Shown here: positions 7,382 through 15,415 of the stretch, one piece after another
How positions within the stretch are numbered: position 1 is the stretch's first letter
Layout: each line of letters opens with the position of its first letter
The notes under the pieces: generated by a model
The model's input: only the letters and a program-made list of their open reading frames with translations
What the model was told of the DNA's origin: nothing
Database searches by the model: none
Assembly: GCA_031409335.1 (NCBI GenBank)
Contig: JANNWY010000185.1
Location: 1-15,415, forward strand
Source: Chthoniobacteraceae bacterium
GTDB taxonomy: Bacteria; Verrucomicrobiota; Verrucomicrobiia; Chthoniobacterales; Chthoniobacteraceae
Direction of reading: 5' to 3'
DNA: 15,415 bases
Translations under genes and position numbers: made by a program

Positions 7382-8161
7382 TTAGTGGCTGCGCTTCTTG
7401 CGACCGAGATACACGTCAAGCACACGGTCATCGTTTTGCACTTCATCGACGCTGCCTTCGCAGAGCACCGAACCTTGGTGAAGGACAGTCACTTTCCGGC
7501 CTGCCGCGATCTGGCGGACGAAGACCATGTCGTGCTCGATGACCACAATCGTGTGTTTGCCGACGAGCGAGAGGAGCAGTTCGCCGGTCTTATGAGTCTC
7601 GGTGTCGGTCATCCCGGCTGCGGGTTCATCGACGAGGAGAAGCTTTGCATTCTGCGCGAGGAGCATGCCGATCTCGAGCCATTGCTTTTGCCCGTGGGCG
7701 AGCGAACCGGCTTTCGCATCGCGCTGGGATCCGAGGTTGATCGTCTTCAGGATTTCATCCATGCGATCCCGCTCGGTGCTATTGGGCTTGTGGAAGAGGC
7801 TCGCCCACACGCTGCGGCTGCCTTCCATCGAGAGCAGGAGATTTTCCCAAACGCTATGATCGGCATACACGGTCGGCGTCTGAAACTTCCTCCCGATCCC
7901 GAGCCGGTAAATCTGATATTCGTTTAGCTTCGGAATGCTGACGGTGCCTTCAAACTCGATCGTCCCCGAGTCCGGTTTGGTCCGGCCAGTGATGAGATCG
8001 AGAAAGCTGGTCTTACCAGCGCCATTGGGTCCGATGACCGTGCGCAGTTCACCGGCATCCAGATAGAAGTTGAGATCGTTGATCGCCTTGAAGCCTGAAA
8101 AACTCTTGTTCACACCCTCAGCAGCAAGGAGGAACTGCTTTTGAATGGATTCGATCTTCAC
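7382..8161 (-). CDS. urtD: Urea ABC transporter ATP-binding subunit UrtD
   Basis: [58 protein letters not shown] overlap with the urtC stop. Confidence 0.95.
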   Translation of the reverse strand: MKIESIQKQFLLAAEGVNKSFSGFKAINDLNFYLDAGELRTVIGPNGAGKTSFLDLITGRTKPDSGTIEFEGTVSIPKLNEYQIYRLGIGRKFQTPTVYADHSVWENLLLSMEGSRSVWASLFHKPNSTERDRMDEILKTINLGSQRDAKAGSLAHGQKQWLEIGMLLAQNAKLLLVDEPAAGMTDTETHKTGELLLSLVGKHTIVVIEHDMVFVRQIAAGRKVTVLHQGSVLCEGSVDEVQNDDRVLDVYLGRKKRSH

Positions 8162-9279
8162 GACTTGGCGGCCTCTGTTTCATGTGGCGCAGTTGACTCG
8201 TCAATCACGGTGTTCGGTTTCCCAAACAATCCAAGGAGCTTGCCGAGCAGTCCGACGATTCCCTTCGGCAGAAACAATACAATCACGACAAACATTCCCC
8301 CCAGAATGATCAGCCACAGATCGGGGTAAGCCTGCGTCGCCCAACTCTTCATCCAATTCACGCCGATGGCTCCGATGATGGGGCCAATGAGGGTGCCACG
8401 TCCCCCGACTGCAACCCACACCACCGCTTCCAAGCTCTTCGTGGTCTCCATTTCACCCGGATTGATGATGCCGACCTGCGGGACAAAGAGCGCGCCGCTG
8501 ATGCTCGCAATGAGGCCGCTAACAACGAATACGAACAACTTGTAGTTCGCAGCGGCGTATCCTGAGAAAAGCACGCGCACTTCACTATCCCGGATGGCGC
8601 GCTGCACGAGGCCAAACTTCGTGCGCGTGAGCCAGCGGCAGCCCACGAACACCGCCACGATCGCGACTGCCGTGGCGATGAAGAGGGCGCGCTTGGTTTC
8701 CGGCGAACGGATGTCCGCACCGAGAATGAAGCGAAAGTCGGTGAAGCCGTTGTTGCCACCCATCGTCATGTCGTTGCGGAAAAACATCAGCGCCGCCCCG
8801 TAGGTTAGCGCCTGGGTGAGGATCGAGAAATAGACTCCTTTGATCCGGCTGCGAAAGGCCAGGTATCCGAAGACACAAGCCAGCAATCCGGGCACGAGCA
8901 GGACCATCGCGCCTGCAAAGAGCGGAGAATAGAATGGCTTCCAGAAACTCGGCAAAAAGGTGTGCCCGAGGAAGACCATGAAATCCGGCAGGTCGCTCTT
9001 GTACTGCCCGAGCTTGCCAATCATGAGCATGAGATACATGCCCATCATGTAGCCGCCGAGACTAAAGAAGAGTGCCTGGCCGAGACTGAGTAATCCGGTG
9101 TAGCCCCAGAGTAAATCCACCGAAATGGCCAGGATGGCATAACAAAGATACTTTCCCCACAGGTTGATGCTGTAATCAGAGATCATGCCCATCGCATTGA
9201 GCGCCGGGACTACTACGATCAGAAGCAGCGCGGAGATCGCGATCAGCAGCAATTCGATCTTGGAAAAGGTGCGCGTCAT
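8158..9279 (-). CDS. urtC: Urea ABC transporter permease UrtC
   Basis: [76 protein letters not shown]. Confidence 0.95.
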   Translation of the reverse strand: MTRTFSKIELLLIAISALLLIVVVPALNAMGMISDYSINLWGKYLCYAILAISVDLLWGYTGLLSLGQALFFSLGGYMMGMYLMLMIGKLGQYKSDLPDFMVFLGHTFLPSFWKPFYSPLFAGAMVLLVPGLLACVFGYLAFRSRIKGVYFSILTQALTYGAALMFFRNDMTMGGNNGFTDFRFILGADIRSPETKRALFIATAVAIVAVFVGCRWLTRTKFGLVQRAIRDSEVRVLFSGYAAANYKLFVFVVSGLIASISGALFVPQVGIINPGEMETTKSLEAVVWVAVGGRGTLIGPIIGAIGVNWMKSWATQAYPDLWLIILGGMFVVIVLFLPKGIVGLLGKLLGLFGKPNTVIDESTAPHETEAAKS

Positions 9280-9285
9280 ACGAAA

Positions 9286-11097
9286 TTATCCTTCGAGACT
9301 TCGGCTCTTGGTGACGAATAGACCTGCGGGCCGCCATTGCAGGAAAGCAATGATTGCGACGAGGACGAGGATTTTACCAAGCACGGGGTTGCCAAGATAC
9401 TGCTGGAGGCTTTGATCGGTGACGCCGATTGCCAGGGCACTCAAGACCGTTCCAGCAATGCTGCCGACTCCGCCGACGACGACGGTCATGAAGCAATCGA
9501 CGATGTAGCTTTGGCCGAGGGAAGGGCCGACGTTTCCGATTTGGGAAAGAAATGCGCCGGCAAGTCCCGCGAGCCCGCTGCCGAGTCCGAATGTGAGCAT
9601 GTTCACGCGCTCGGTGGGAACACCCATGCATGCGGCCATCTGCCGGTTTTGCATGACGGCGCGGATGAGCAGCCCAAGCGATGTGCGATTGAGGATGACC
9701 CAGACGAGGGCGACAACGGCAATCGTGAAGCCGATGACAAAGACCCGGTTCCAACCAAAGATGATGTCATTGATGGTCCAGTTTCCCGAGAGCCATGCCG
9801 GGGAATACACTTGGACGTTATTGGCGCCGAAGACCAAGCGGAAGAGTTGCTGCAGGACGAGTGAGACACCCCAGGTCGCCAGCAGGCTTTCGAGCGGCCG
9901 ACGGTAAAGGAACTGGATGACGGTTCTCTCAAGCGCAATGCCGACTGCCGCGGCACTCAGAAAGGCAACCGGGAGGGCGACCAGGAAGTAGGCGTCGAGC
10001 TTCGCGCCGCTGAGGTGCATCCCGGGAATAGGCAGATGAAAGCCGAAAGGACTGATGTCCAGCCCTTCACCAAAAATCGCCTGCACGACGAAGGTAGCAT
10101 AAGCGCCGACGACCATGATTTCGCCGTGCGCCATATTGATGACACCCATAAGGCCAAATGTAATGGCCAACCCGAGCGCCACGAGCAGGAGGATGCTGCC
10201 AAGGCTCAGGCCGCGGAAGCAGGTGCCGAGGGTATTGACCGTCACCCGGTGGGAATCGATGGAAAGAATAGCGTCGCGGGCGGCGGCTGCTATCGCAGGA
10301 TTTTCAGGCGGTGCGCTGGCTTCGGCGAGAGCGGCTTTGACGAAGTCGTAGCTGGCGAGCGAGGCGAGGGACTTTAACTCGACGAGTGCCTTTAGCCTGG
10401 TATCGGGAGATTCGTCTTTGAGCTGAATCAGCGCGATGGCTTCGCGAAAAGCGCGATTTGTGGCGTGGTCGGTTTCGACGGACTGGCGCGAGAGGAGCGC
10501 CGGAAGTTTGTCGGGATCTTGAGCCATGCCGAGGGTGCCGATCGCGAGGATGCGTTTGGCCGGATTGGGGTTGGCGAGGGCTTGCAGATCGAGCACGCCC
10601 TTCATCACTCCACGCAGATTTGAATCGTGCGCGGCAGCATCAAGATCGGAGGCGAGGATGCGGACGGGCTGGCCTGTCGCGTCCTTCAATGGTGAGGCGT
10701 CTTCGACGAGTATTGCTGTCTGTTTGCCATTGGCGTCTTTTTCTTCGGCGAGGAGGACGGGGATGACTTTATCTTCGGGAGTCTTGAAAAGGTAGATGGC
10801 ATCTTCCTTCCATGCCGCCATCAGCGGCGCGATGTCGGCGGAAGCATTGCCTGAGAGCGAAGAGATCAGCGCGGCCTTCTTTGCGTCGTCTTCTTCGAGG
10901 ATGGCCGCGACGATGGTTTGACGCGGGGTGTTCGCAGAGAATGCGGACAAAGTGGTGAGGAGAAGGAGAAAGACGGCAAGTAGTCTTCCTCTCCGAACTG
11001 CTCTTGAGGTTCCTTCTTCTACTGCTGTGGTGATGCCTCGCAGATTGGGTGAAAGATTAAGAGGAAGAGGAAGGTTTATAGCGGCGGAGTTGTTCAA
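9286..11097 (-). CDS. urtB: Urea ABC transporter permease UrtB with N-terminal periplasmic helical domain (start uncertain)
   Basis: GLSLGSILLLVALGLAITFGLMGVINMAHGE, LYRRPLESLLATWGVSL, SQIGNVGPSLGQSYIVDCFMTVVVGGVG, and a signal-like LLAVFLLLLTTLSAFSA. No in-frame ATG/GTG precedes the signal peptide. TTG 11097 was chosen because the ORF-track start at 11193 lies upstream of a terminator hairpin. Confidence 0.88.
   Translation of the reverse strand: MNNSAAINLPLPLNLSPNLRGITTAVEEGTSRAVRRGRLLAVFLLLLTTLSAFSANTPRQTIVAAILEEDDAKKAALISSLSGNASADIAPLMAAWKEDAIYLFKTPEDKVIPVLLAEEKDANGKQTAILVEDASPLKDATGQPVRILASDLDAAAHDSNLRGVMKGVLDLQALANPNPAKRILAIGTLGMAQDPDKLPALLSRQSVETDHATNRAFREAIALIQLKDESPDTRLKALVELKSLASLASYDFVKAALAEASAPPENPAIAAAARDAILSIDSHRVTVNTLGTCFRGLSLGSILLLVALGLAITFGLMGVINMAHGEIMVVGAYATFVVQAIFGEGLDISPFGFHLPIPGMHLSGAKLDAYFLVALPVAFLSAAAVGIALERTVIQFLYRRPLESLLATWGVSLVLQQLFRLVFGANNVQVYSPAWLSGNWTINDIIFGWNRVFVIGFTIAVVALVWVILNRTSLGLLIRAVMQNRQMAACMGVPTERVNMLTFGLGSGLAGLAGAFLSQIGNVGPSLGQSYIVDCFMTVVVGGVGSIAGTVLSALAIGVTDQSLQQYLGNPVLGKILVLVAIIAFLQWRPAGLFVTKSRSLEG
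10984..11074. repeat. Degenerate inverted hexamer-repeat element in the 5' end of urtB
   Basis: Right arm AAGATT-AAGAGG-AAGAGG-AAGG (11053-11074). Left arm TCTTCCTCT (10984-10992) is the exact reverse complement of AGAGGAAGA (11060-11068), with further CTCTT/CTTCTT units. Confidence 0.5.
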
Positions 11098-11134
11098 TGC
11101 TTTGATGACGTGTGGTGATGACCGAGCTTCCTTG

Positions 11135-11175
11135 AAAAAAAGAGGGGCGGGCCCCAAACCAAGGACCCGCCCCTC
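11135..11175 (-). terminator. Intrinsic terminator between urtA and urtB
   Basis: Minus strand GAGGGGCGGG-TCCTTGGTTTGGGG-CCCGCCCCTC followed by TTTTTTT: a perfect 10-bp GC-rich stem plus U7. Confidence 0.85.
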
Positions 11176-11225
11176 GCTACCCCATATAATCAAAGCAATT
11201 TGCCAGACGGGGCGGAGCTGGCTTT

Positions 11226-12503
11226 CTATCTGGAAGCGCTCTTGGGCTTGAAGGTGCCTTTCAGGAAGGGCTCGCCGAACACGTCCTTGTATTCCTTGAG
11301 GATTTTGAACTGCCCGTCGGCCTTTGTCTCTCCGATGAAAACGTTCTTCGTCAGGTGATGATTCTTCTGAGTCGTCACCTTGCCGCCTGGGCCATCAAAA
11401 CTGATGCCGGATTGCAGCGCGGCAACTACCTTGTCCACATCGAAGCTTTTGGCCTTCTCGACCGCTGCTTTCCAGAGATACACGCCGTTGTAACTGAGGA
11501 CCATGGGCGAACAGGTGACGCGCCCCTCCTTTTTTACCCCTTCCGCGGTGGTGGTCTTCAGCCACGCATTCCACGCGGCGAGGAACTTGGTATTCGCGGG
11601 CGATTTGATGCTTTGGAAATAGGTCCAGCAGCCGAGCTGCCCAACGAGTTGCTTGGCTGGCAGGCCGCGGAATTCGTCCTCGCTGATCGAGAAACTTACG
11701 ACCGGCGCGGTCTCGGCGGAGAGGCCGGAAGCGGCGTATTCCTTAAAGAATGGAACGTTTGTATCGCCGTTCAAAGTGGAGACGATGCAAGCCTTCCCGC
11801 CCGCGGCGAACTGCTTGATTTCAGCGACGATCTGCTGGTAGTCGGTGTGGCTGAATGGCGTGTATTTTCCCGCGGCGATGATCTTGCCGGTTTCATCCTT
11901 CTTGAAGCCGCCGCCGATGTTTTCGAGCGGGACGCCTTTGCTTAGAAGGTATTCGAGAAGGACCAGATTGGTTGTCTGCGGATAGACGTAGTCGGTGCCG
12001 AGGAGGTAGAATTTTTTCTTCCCCTGAGCGAGGAGATAGTCGATCGCTGGTGTGGCTTGCTGACCGACGGCTTCGGCAGTGTAGAAGATGTTCGGGGACA
12101 TTTCCTCGCCTTCATATTGAACTGGGTAGAAGAGGAGACCTTTCTTTTCCTCAAAGACGGGAAGAACGGACTTGCGGGAAACGCTGGTCCAGCAGCCGAA
12201 AGTCACGGCGACCTTGTCCTGGCCGAGGAGCTGTTTCGCTTTTTCGGCGAAGAGCGGCCAGTCGGAAGCGCCATCGACGACGACGGGCTCGATTTTCTTG
12301 CCCATCACGCCACCTTTGGCGTTGATCTCGTCGAAGGTGAAGAGGAGGACATCCCGGAGCGAGGTCTCAGAGATGGCCATGGTGCCACTGAGCGAATGGA
12401 GGACGCCGACTTTGACGGAATCATCCGCCGCACGTGCGGAAAAAGAGGTTAGAGCGACGACGCCGGTGAGTGCGGCGAGGCAAAAGGAACGGATTGGAGT
12501 CAT
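11226..12503 (-). CDS. urtA: Urea ABC transporter substrate-binding protein UrtA
   Basis: Signal peptide, then [79 protein letters not shown]. Start placed at ATG 12503 after an A/C-rich leader. Confidence 0.96.
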   Translation of the reverse strand: MTPIRSFCLAALTGVVALTSFSARAADDSVKVGVLHSLSGTMAISETSLRDVLLFTFDEINAKGGVMGKKIEPVVVDGASDWPLFAEKAKQLLGQDKVAVTFGCWTSVSRKSVLPVFEEKKGLLFYPVQYEGEEMSPNIFYTAEAVGQQATPAIDYLLAQGKKKFYLLGTDYVYPQTTNLVLLEYLLSKGVPLENIGGGFKKDETGKIIAAGKYTPFSHTDYQQIVAEIKQFAAGGKACIVSTLNGDTNVPFFKEYAASGLSAETAPVVSFSISEDEFRGLPAKQLVGQLGCWTYFQSIKSPANTKFLAAWNAWLKTTTAEGVKKEGRVTCSPMVLSYNGVYLWKAAVEKAKSFDVDKVVAALQSGISFDGPGGKVTTQKNHHLTKNVFIGETKADGQFKILKEYKDVFGEPFLKGTFKPKSASR

Positions 12504-12637
12504 TGGTGTGTTGGTGTTGGTGATTGCTTGGAACCGAGGCGGATGGTCCAAAAAGAGGAAGGAAGATTCGCGGCGGGTGATTGGGAAGGGATCGCCGCGA
12601 GCCGACTTGCAGACTGACTGAAAAGAACCGTGATTTT

Positions 12638-12689
12638 GGAACCCTTCCGGGCTCCAAGGATTCCCCCGGGCCGAAGCCCGGGGGAACCC
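12638..12689 (-). other. Tandem stable hairpins downstream of the porin gene (UUCG and GGAA tetraloops)
   Basis: Minus strand TTCCCCCGGGC-TTCG-GCCCGGGGGAA (12661-12686) followed by GGAGCCC-GGAA-GGGTTCC (12638-12655). No U-tract follows directly, so a stabiliser or pause site is as plausible as a terminator. Confidence 0.7.
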
Positions 12690-12714
12690 GTAGAATTAGC
12701 CTTTGGAAGCTCGC

Positions 12715-13659
12715 TTAGAAGGCGAGCACGATGCCCGCCGAGAAGACGTGCTCATGCTCGTCGAAGTCGCGAACTGCTCCGCCGCGCGCCGCGGTATTGA
12801 AGTCCGAAGTGCCGTCGCCGAGGTAGTAGTAGGAGTAGCCTGCGGAGGCGGTCCACTTGCCGTAGCATTCTGGGATGAAGGCGAGGGCGTAGCTGGCGCT
12901 CACACCCGCGGTGAAGTAGCCAAACGCTTCGTCGTCAATATTGCCCGTCGTGGTGTTGAGCGATCCGTAGAAGTCGTTTGAACCAAAACCCGCGGCAATG
13001 GGAACGGATACCGTGAGTCCGGTTGTGCCGATTGGGAAGCTCGGGGTGATGCCGATTTCGTAATAAACGCCTTCGTCAGCACCGGTGCCGGCTTTGTTTT
13101 CCAGCTCAAACAGAACCTGCACTTTTGGCGCGAGGTTGAAGCCAATGAGGTCGGTGGTGTCGTAGCCGAGTGCGAGGTTCAGGCCTTGGAAGGTCGAAAA
13201 ACCGTCGTTCGGGCTGAGGAACGCGTAGTAGCTCGGCGTGAAGACGAAGTTCTTCGCGAAGGTGAAGCTGACACCTGCGGTGAAGTCGAACTCATACCAG
13301 CTCCGCGTGGAGCTGCTGCCCGCACCGCTGGCGATGCCGGCGTCGGTCTTGCGGGAGTGGAAGCTGTTCCAGATTCCGAGATTGAGGCTGACTTTGTTAA
13401 GGAAGCCCTCGCCCTCGTAGAGTTTGAAGTAGAGGTCGGCGTATGGCTGGGTGATTGCGCCCTGATTCTCGAAGATCACGCCGCGGGAAATGTACTGCGA
13501 GACGACATTGATGCCGAGGTCGCCGGTGATGCAGGATTCTTTGCATTTCTCCACAACTTCCTTCATCTCCTTCGACGGAGTGCCCGCGAAGCTGAGGGCC
13601 GGAATGCTGAGGATTGCCGCGGTCAGGATTCCGACTTTGGCGAGGTTCTGTTTGATCAT
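12715..13659 (-). CDS. Outer-membrane beta-barrel protein, paralog 1 (putative porin, possibly TorF/TIGR02001-like)
   Basis: Signal peptide ending SFA|G, alternating aromatic beta-strand pattern, VSQYISRG...QPY, WYEFDFTAG, and C-terminal GIVLAF with terminal Phe. The family assignment is tentative. Confidence 0.8.
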   Translation of the reverse strand: MIKQNLAKVGILTAAILSIPALSFAGTPSKEMKEVVEKCKESCITGDLGINVVSQYISRGVIFENQGAITQPYADLYFKLYEGEGFLNKVSLNLGIWNSFHSRKTDAGIASGAGSSSTRSWYEFDFTAGVSFTFAKNFVFTPSYYAFLSPNDGFSTFQGLNLALGYDTTDLIGFNLAPKVQVLFELENKAGTGADEGVYYEIGITPSFPIGTTGLTVSVPIAAGFGSNDFYGSLNTTTGNIDDEAFGYFTAGVSASYALAFIPECYGKWTASAGYSYYYLGDGTSDFNTAARGGAVRDFDEHEHVFSAGIVLAF

Positions 13660-13722
13660 GGGTGTTTTCTATTGGTTGGTTTTCGTTTGGTTTTGATGCC
13701 GAATTTCGGCACGGGCGCAATT

Positions 13723-13738
13723 AGCCAAAGGCGTGCCA
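13723..13738 (-). promoter_or_regulatory. Sigma54 -24/-12 promoter for porin-urtABCDE
   Basis: Minus strand TGGCACGCCTTTGGCT: perfect TGGCACG and GG-N10-GC spacing. Predicted start near 13712, immediately followed by the inverted repeat TGCCGAA-A-TTCGGCA (13697-13711). Confidence 0.8.
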
Positions 13739-13917
13739 CGAAGGCGGAAAATTTTCCCCTCTGCTGGCATTCACGCGGCAAATTCAGCCAGTCCCCTCGT
13801 GGATTTCACGGGATGGAGATGGAAGTTTCTGCCGCCTCTCGGTGCCGACTGGCGCTGAAATGAGCGAACTTCTTCAGCCGGCAGAAGGCGAACTGGCCGA
13901 ATATCGCCACCGCGTAC

Positions 13918-13958
13918 AAAGCAAAAGCTCCCCCGGGGAGAACCCCGGAGGAGCTTTG
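13918..13958 (-). terminator. Intrinsic terminator after porin paralog 2 (possibly bidirectional)
   Basis: Minus strand AAAGCTCCTCCGGGG-TTCT-CCCCGGGGGAGCTTTTGCTTT, about 25 nt after the stop codon. Confidence 0.85.
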
Positions 13959-13982
13959 TAATACTTTCTCTAAACGCGGGCC

Positions 13983-14897
13983 TTAGAACGCAACGCGCAG
14001 GCCGCCGCCGAAGACGAATTCGTTTTCGTCGCGGTCGCGAACAGCGGGAACGTTGGCATCATCGGTGCCGTCACCGAGATTGTAGTAGGTCGCGTTGGCG
14101 TGGAGCGACCAGTCGCCGAGGCACTCGGGGATGCAGACGATCTTGTAGTCCGCATTCACGCCAATGGAGAAGAAGCCGTAGGTTTCGTCACCCGCATAAT
14201 AATCGCTCGATCCAAACCCGGCCTTGATCGGGAAACTGACATACACCGGTCCAGCCTGGAGGCCGGGAGCGATGCCGATTTCGTAGTAAACGCCTTCGTC
14301 GCCGCCGTTGCCGGAGGTGTTCTCGACGTCGAACTGGACGAGGGCATACGGGTGAAGCGCGAACGCACCGAGGAGATCGGTGTCGTCGAACGCGAGGCGC
14401 AGGCCGAGATCGTGGGCGGTCTCGAACGCGTCGTTCGGGCTCATGTAGGCGCGGTAGTAGGGATTGACGGTCAGGTTCTTGTTGAACACGAAGCTGAGCC
14501 CGGCTGTGAAGTCGGACTCGAACCAGGCATTCGTCGTGGAACCGCCGCCGCCGAAGACGCCGCCGGAGCCAGTCTTGCGGCTGTGGAAGCTCTGCCAGAA
14601 GCCGAGGTCGAAGCTGACGCTGGTCAGTGCGCCCTCGCCTTGGAAGAGGCGGAAGCGGAGGTCCATATAGGGCTGCAGGATCGCGCCTTGATTCTCTCTC
14701 GAGATGCCGCGCGAGATATACATGGAGACGACGTCGATGCCGATGTCGCCGCTGATGCAGGACTCTTTGCACTTCTCGATGACTTTTGCGTCCTTGTAGT
14801 CTTTCCCAGCCGATGCAGTTCCGGCGAGGCTGATGGCGGGGATCGCGAGGATCGCCGTCGAGAGAACGCCCAACTTGGCAATGAATTGATTGCTCAT
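13983..14897 (-). CDS. Outer-membrane beta-barrel protein, paralog 2 (putative porin)
   Basis: Start placed at ATG 14897 (MSNQFIAKLGVL..., signal peptide ISLA|G). Colinear with paralog 1 (EKCKESCI.GD.G, YISRG, ENQGAI.QPY, SFHSRKT, DEGVYYEIGI.P, AGFGS.D, IPEC.G.W). Ends GLRVAF. Confidence 0.82.
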   Translation of the reverse strand: MSNQFIAKLGVLSTAILAIPAISLAGTASAGKDYKDAKVIEKCKESCISGDIGIDVVSMYISRGISRENQGAILQPYMDLRFRLFQGEGALTSVSFDLGFWQSFHSRKTGSGGVFGGGGSTTNAWFESDFTAGLSFVFNKNLTVNPYYRAYMSPNDAFETAHDLGLRLAFDDTDLLGAFALHPYALVQFDVENTSGNGGDEGVYYEIGIAPGLQAGPVYVSFPIKAGFGSSDYYAGDETYGFFSIGVNADYKIVCIPECLGDWSLHANATYYNLGDGTDDANVPAVRDRDENEFVFGGGLRVAF

Positions 14898-14920
14898 GGT
14901 GTAGTTATTTTCTGGTTTCT

Positions 14921-14940
14921 TGGTTTGGTTTGGTTTGGTT
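14921..14940. repeat. (TGGTT)4 short tandem repeat in the leader of porin paralog 2
   Basis: tggtttggtttggtttggtt, which reads (AACCA)4 on the coding strand. Confidence 0.8.
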
Positions 14941-15276
14941 TTTTCGCCGCCCAGACGGGCAGCGACGTGGGGATTAGCAGCGGTGGAAAATGGGCGCAAA
15001 CACTTTTTTTGCATGAAAACTTGGCCCGCCCGCCCCAACGCGCGCCGCAAAGTGAGGACAAATCGCGCCACACACTTTGTTCATCTTGGGTAAAGATCAC
15101 CATGGAACGCGTCGGATTTCTGCCTACATCCGAGGGCTGCGCCGTCTGTCATTTCGCGGAAAATCTTGCGCTTCGGTTGCGGCTGAACATCGCGTTCACC
15201 ACGATCTCGACGCTCAGAACGAGGGATGCCCTTGGGCTTCCGGCGCGGATGGAACTCGCCGGTCGCCGGGGATGCC

Positions 15277-15415
15277 TAGTGCTTTGTCAGCAGTGAGATG
15301 ATGGGTAGAGCTTGATGAGTTTCACGCGGGCGTCTGCGGTGGTGAAGTGCCAGCGGATGCCCGTGGCGGCTTGATTACGGTCGCACTGCCAGGCGCGCAA
15401 TTGCTGCGCGAGCGT
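15277..15415 (-). mobile_element. Downstream end of an IS630-family insertion sequence
   Basis: Transposase C-terminus followed 8 nt after the stop by ...CAC-TA(G). On the plus strand this is CTAGTGCTTTGTCA, consistent with an IS630 terminal repeat abutting a TA target. Confidence 0.75.
15287..15415 (-). CDS. IS630-family transposase, C-terminal 42 aa (partial)
   Basis: Manual translation TLAQQLRAWQCDRNQAATGIRWHFTTADARVKLIKLYPSSHC*. The W..RN.....I.W.FT..DAR.KL..LYP pattern is a characteristic C-terminus of an IS630 subgroup. Confidence 0.85.
   Translation of the reverse strand, partial: TLAQQLRAWQCDRNQAATGIRWHFTTADARVKLIKLYPSSHC

Noticed and set aside
14995..15075. Sigma54 promoter for porin paralog 2
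   Set aside because: Candidate GG...GC pairs have the wrong spacing (12 nt) or lack the -12 GC (TGGCGCGATTTGTCC).
15077..15276. Possible gene fragment interrupted by the IS, including a short GGGATGCC direct repeat
   Set aside because: The frames I translated gave nothing recognisable, and an 8-bp GC-rich repeat is expected by chance.

Overview
All recognisable genes lie on the minus strand and form a nitrogen-scavenging cluster. The host is probably Verrucomicrobiota (Chthoniobacterales-like), inferred from porin style and A/C-rich leaders lacking Shine-Dalgarno sequences. In transcription order (right to left): the 3' end of an IS630-family transposase; two paralogous outer-membrane beta-barrel genes; the urea ABC transporter urtABCDE; a sigma54-type promoter with a ~215-nt structured leader; a guanidine hydrolase (GdmH-like ureohydrolase) with a His-rich N-terminal arm; a NitT/TauT-type ABC importer; a 67-aa HupE/UreJ-like mini-protein; and urease ureA-ureB-ureC (ureC runs off the left edge). 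The cluster appears to encode guanidine uptake, guanidine -> urea, and urea -> ammonia + CO2. The most unusual items are: (i) GdmH in an operon with urease, with no adjacent hypA/hypB and a 21-His extension; (ii) UrtE with an ~87-aa insertion that looks like tandem amplification of its post-D-loop helix; (iii) a structured gdmH leader that does not match, by eye, the guanidine riboswitch classes I can recall; (iv) inverted arrays of short tandem repeats between ureA and ureB and in the 5' end of urtB. All family assignments come from recalled motifs, not database searches.
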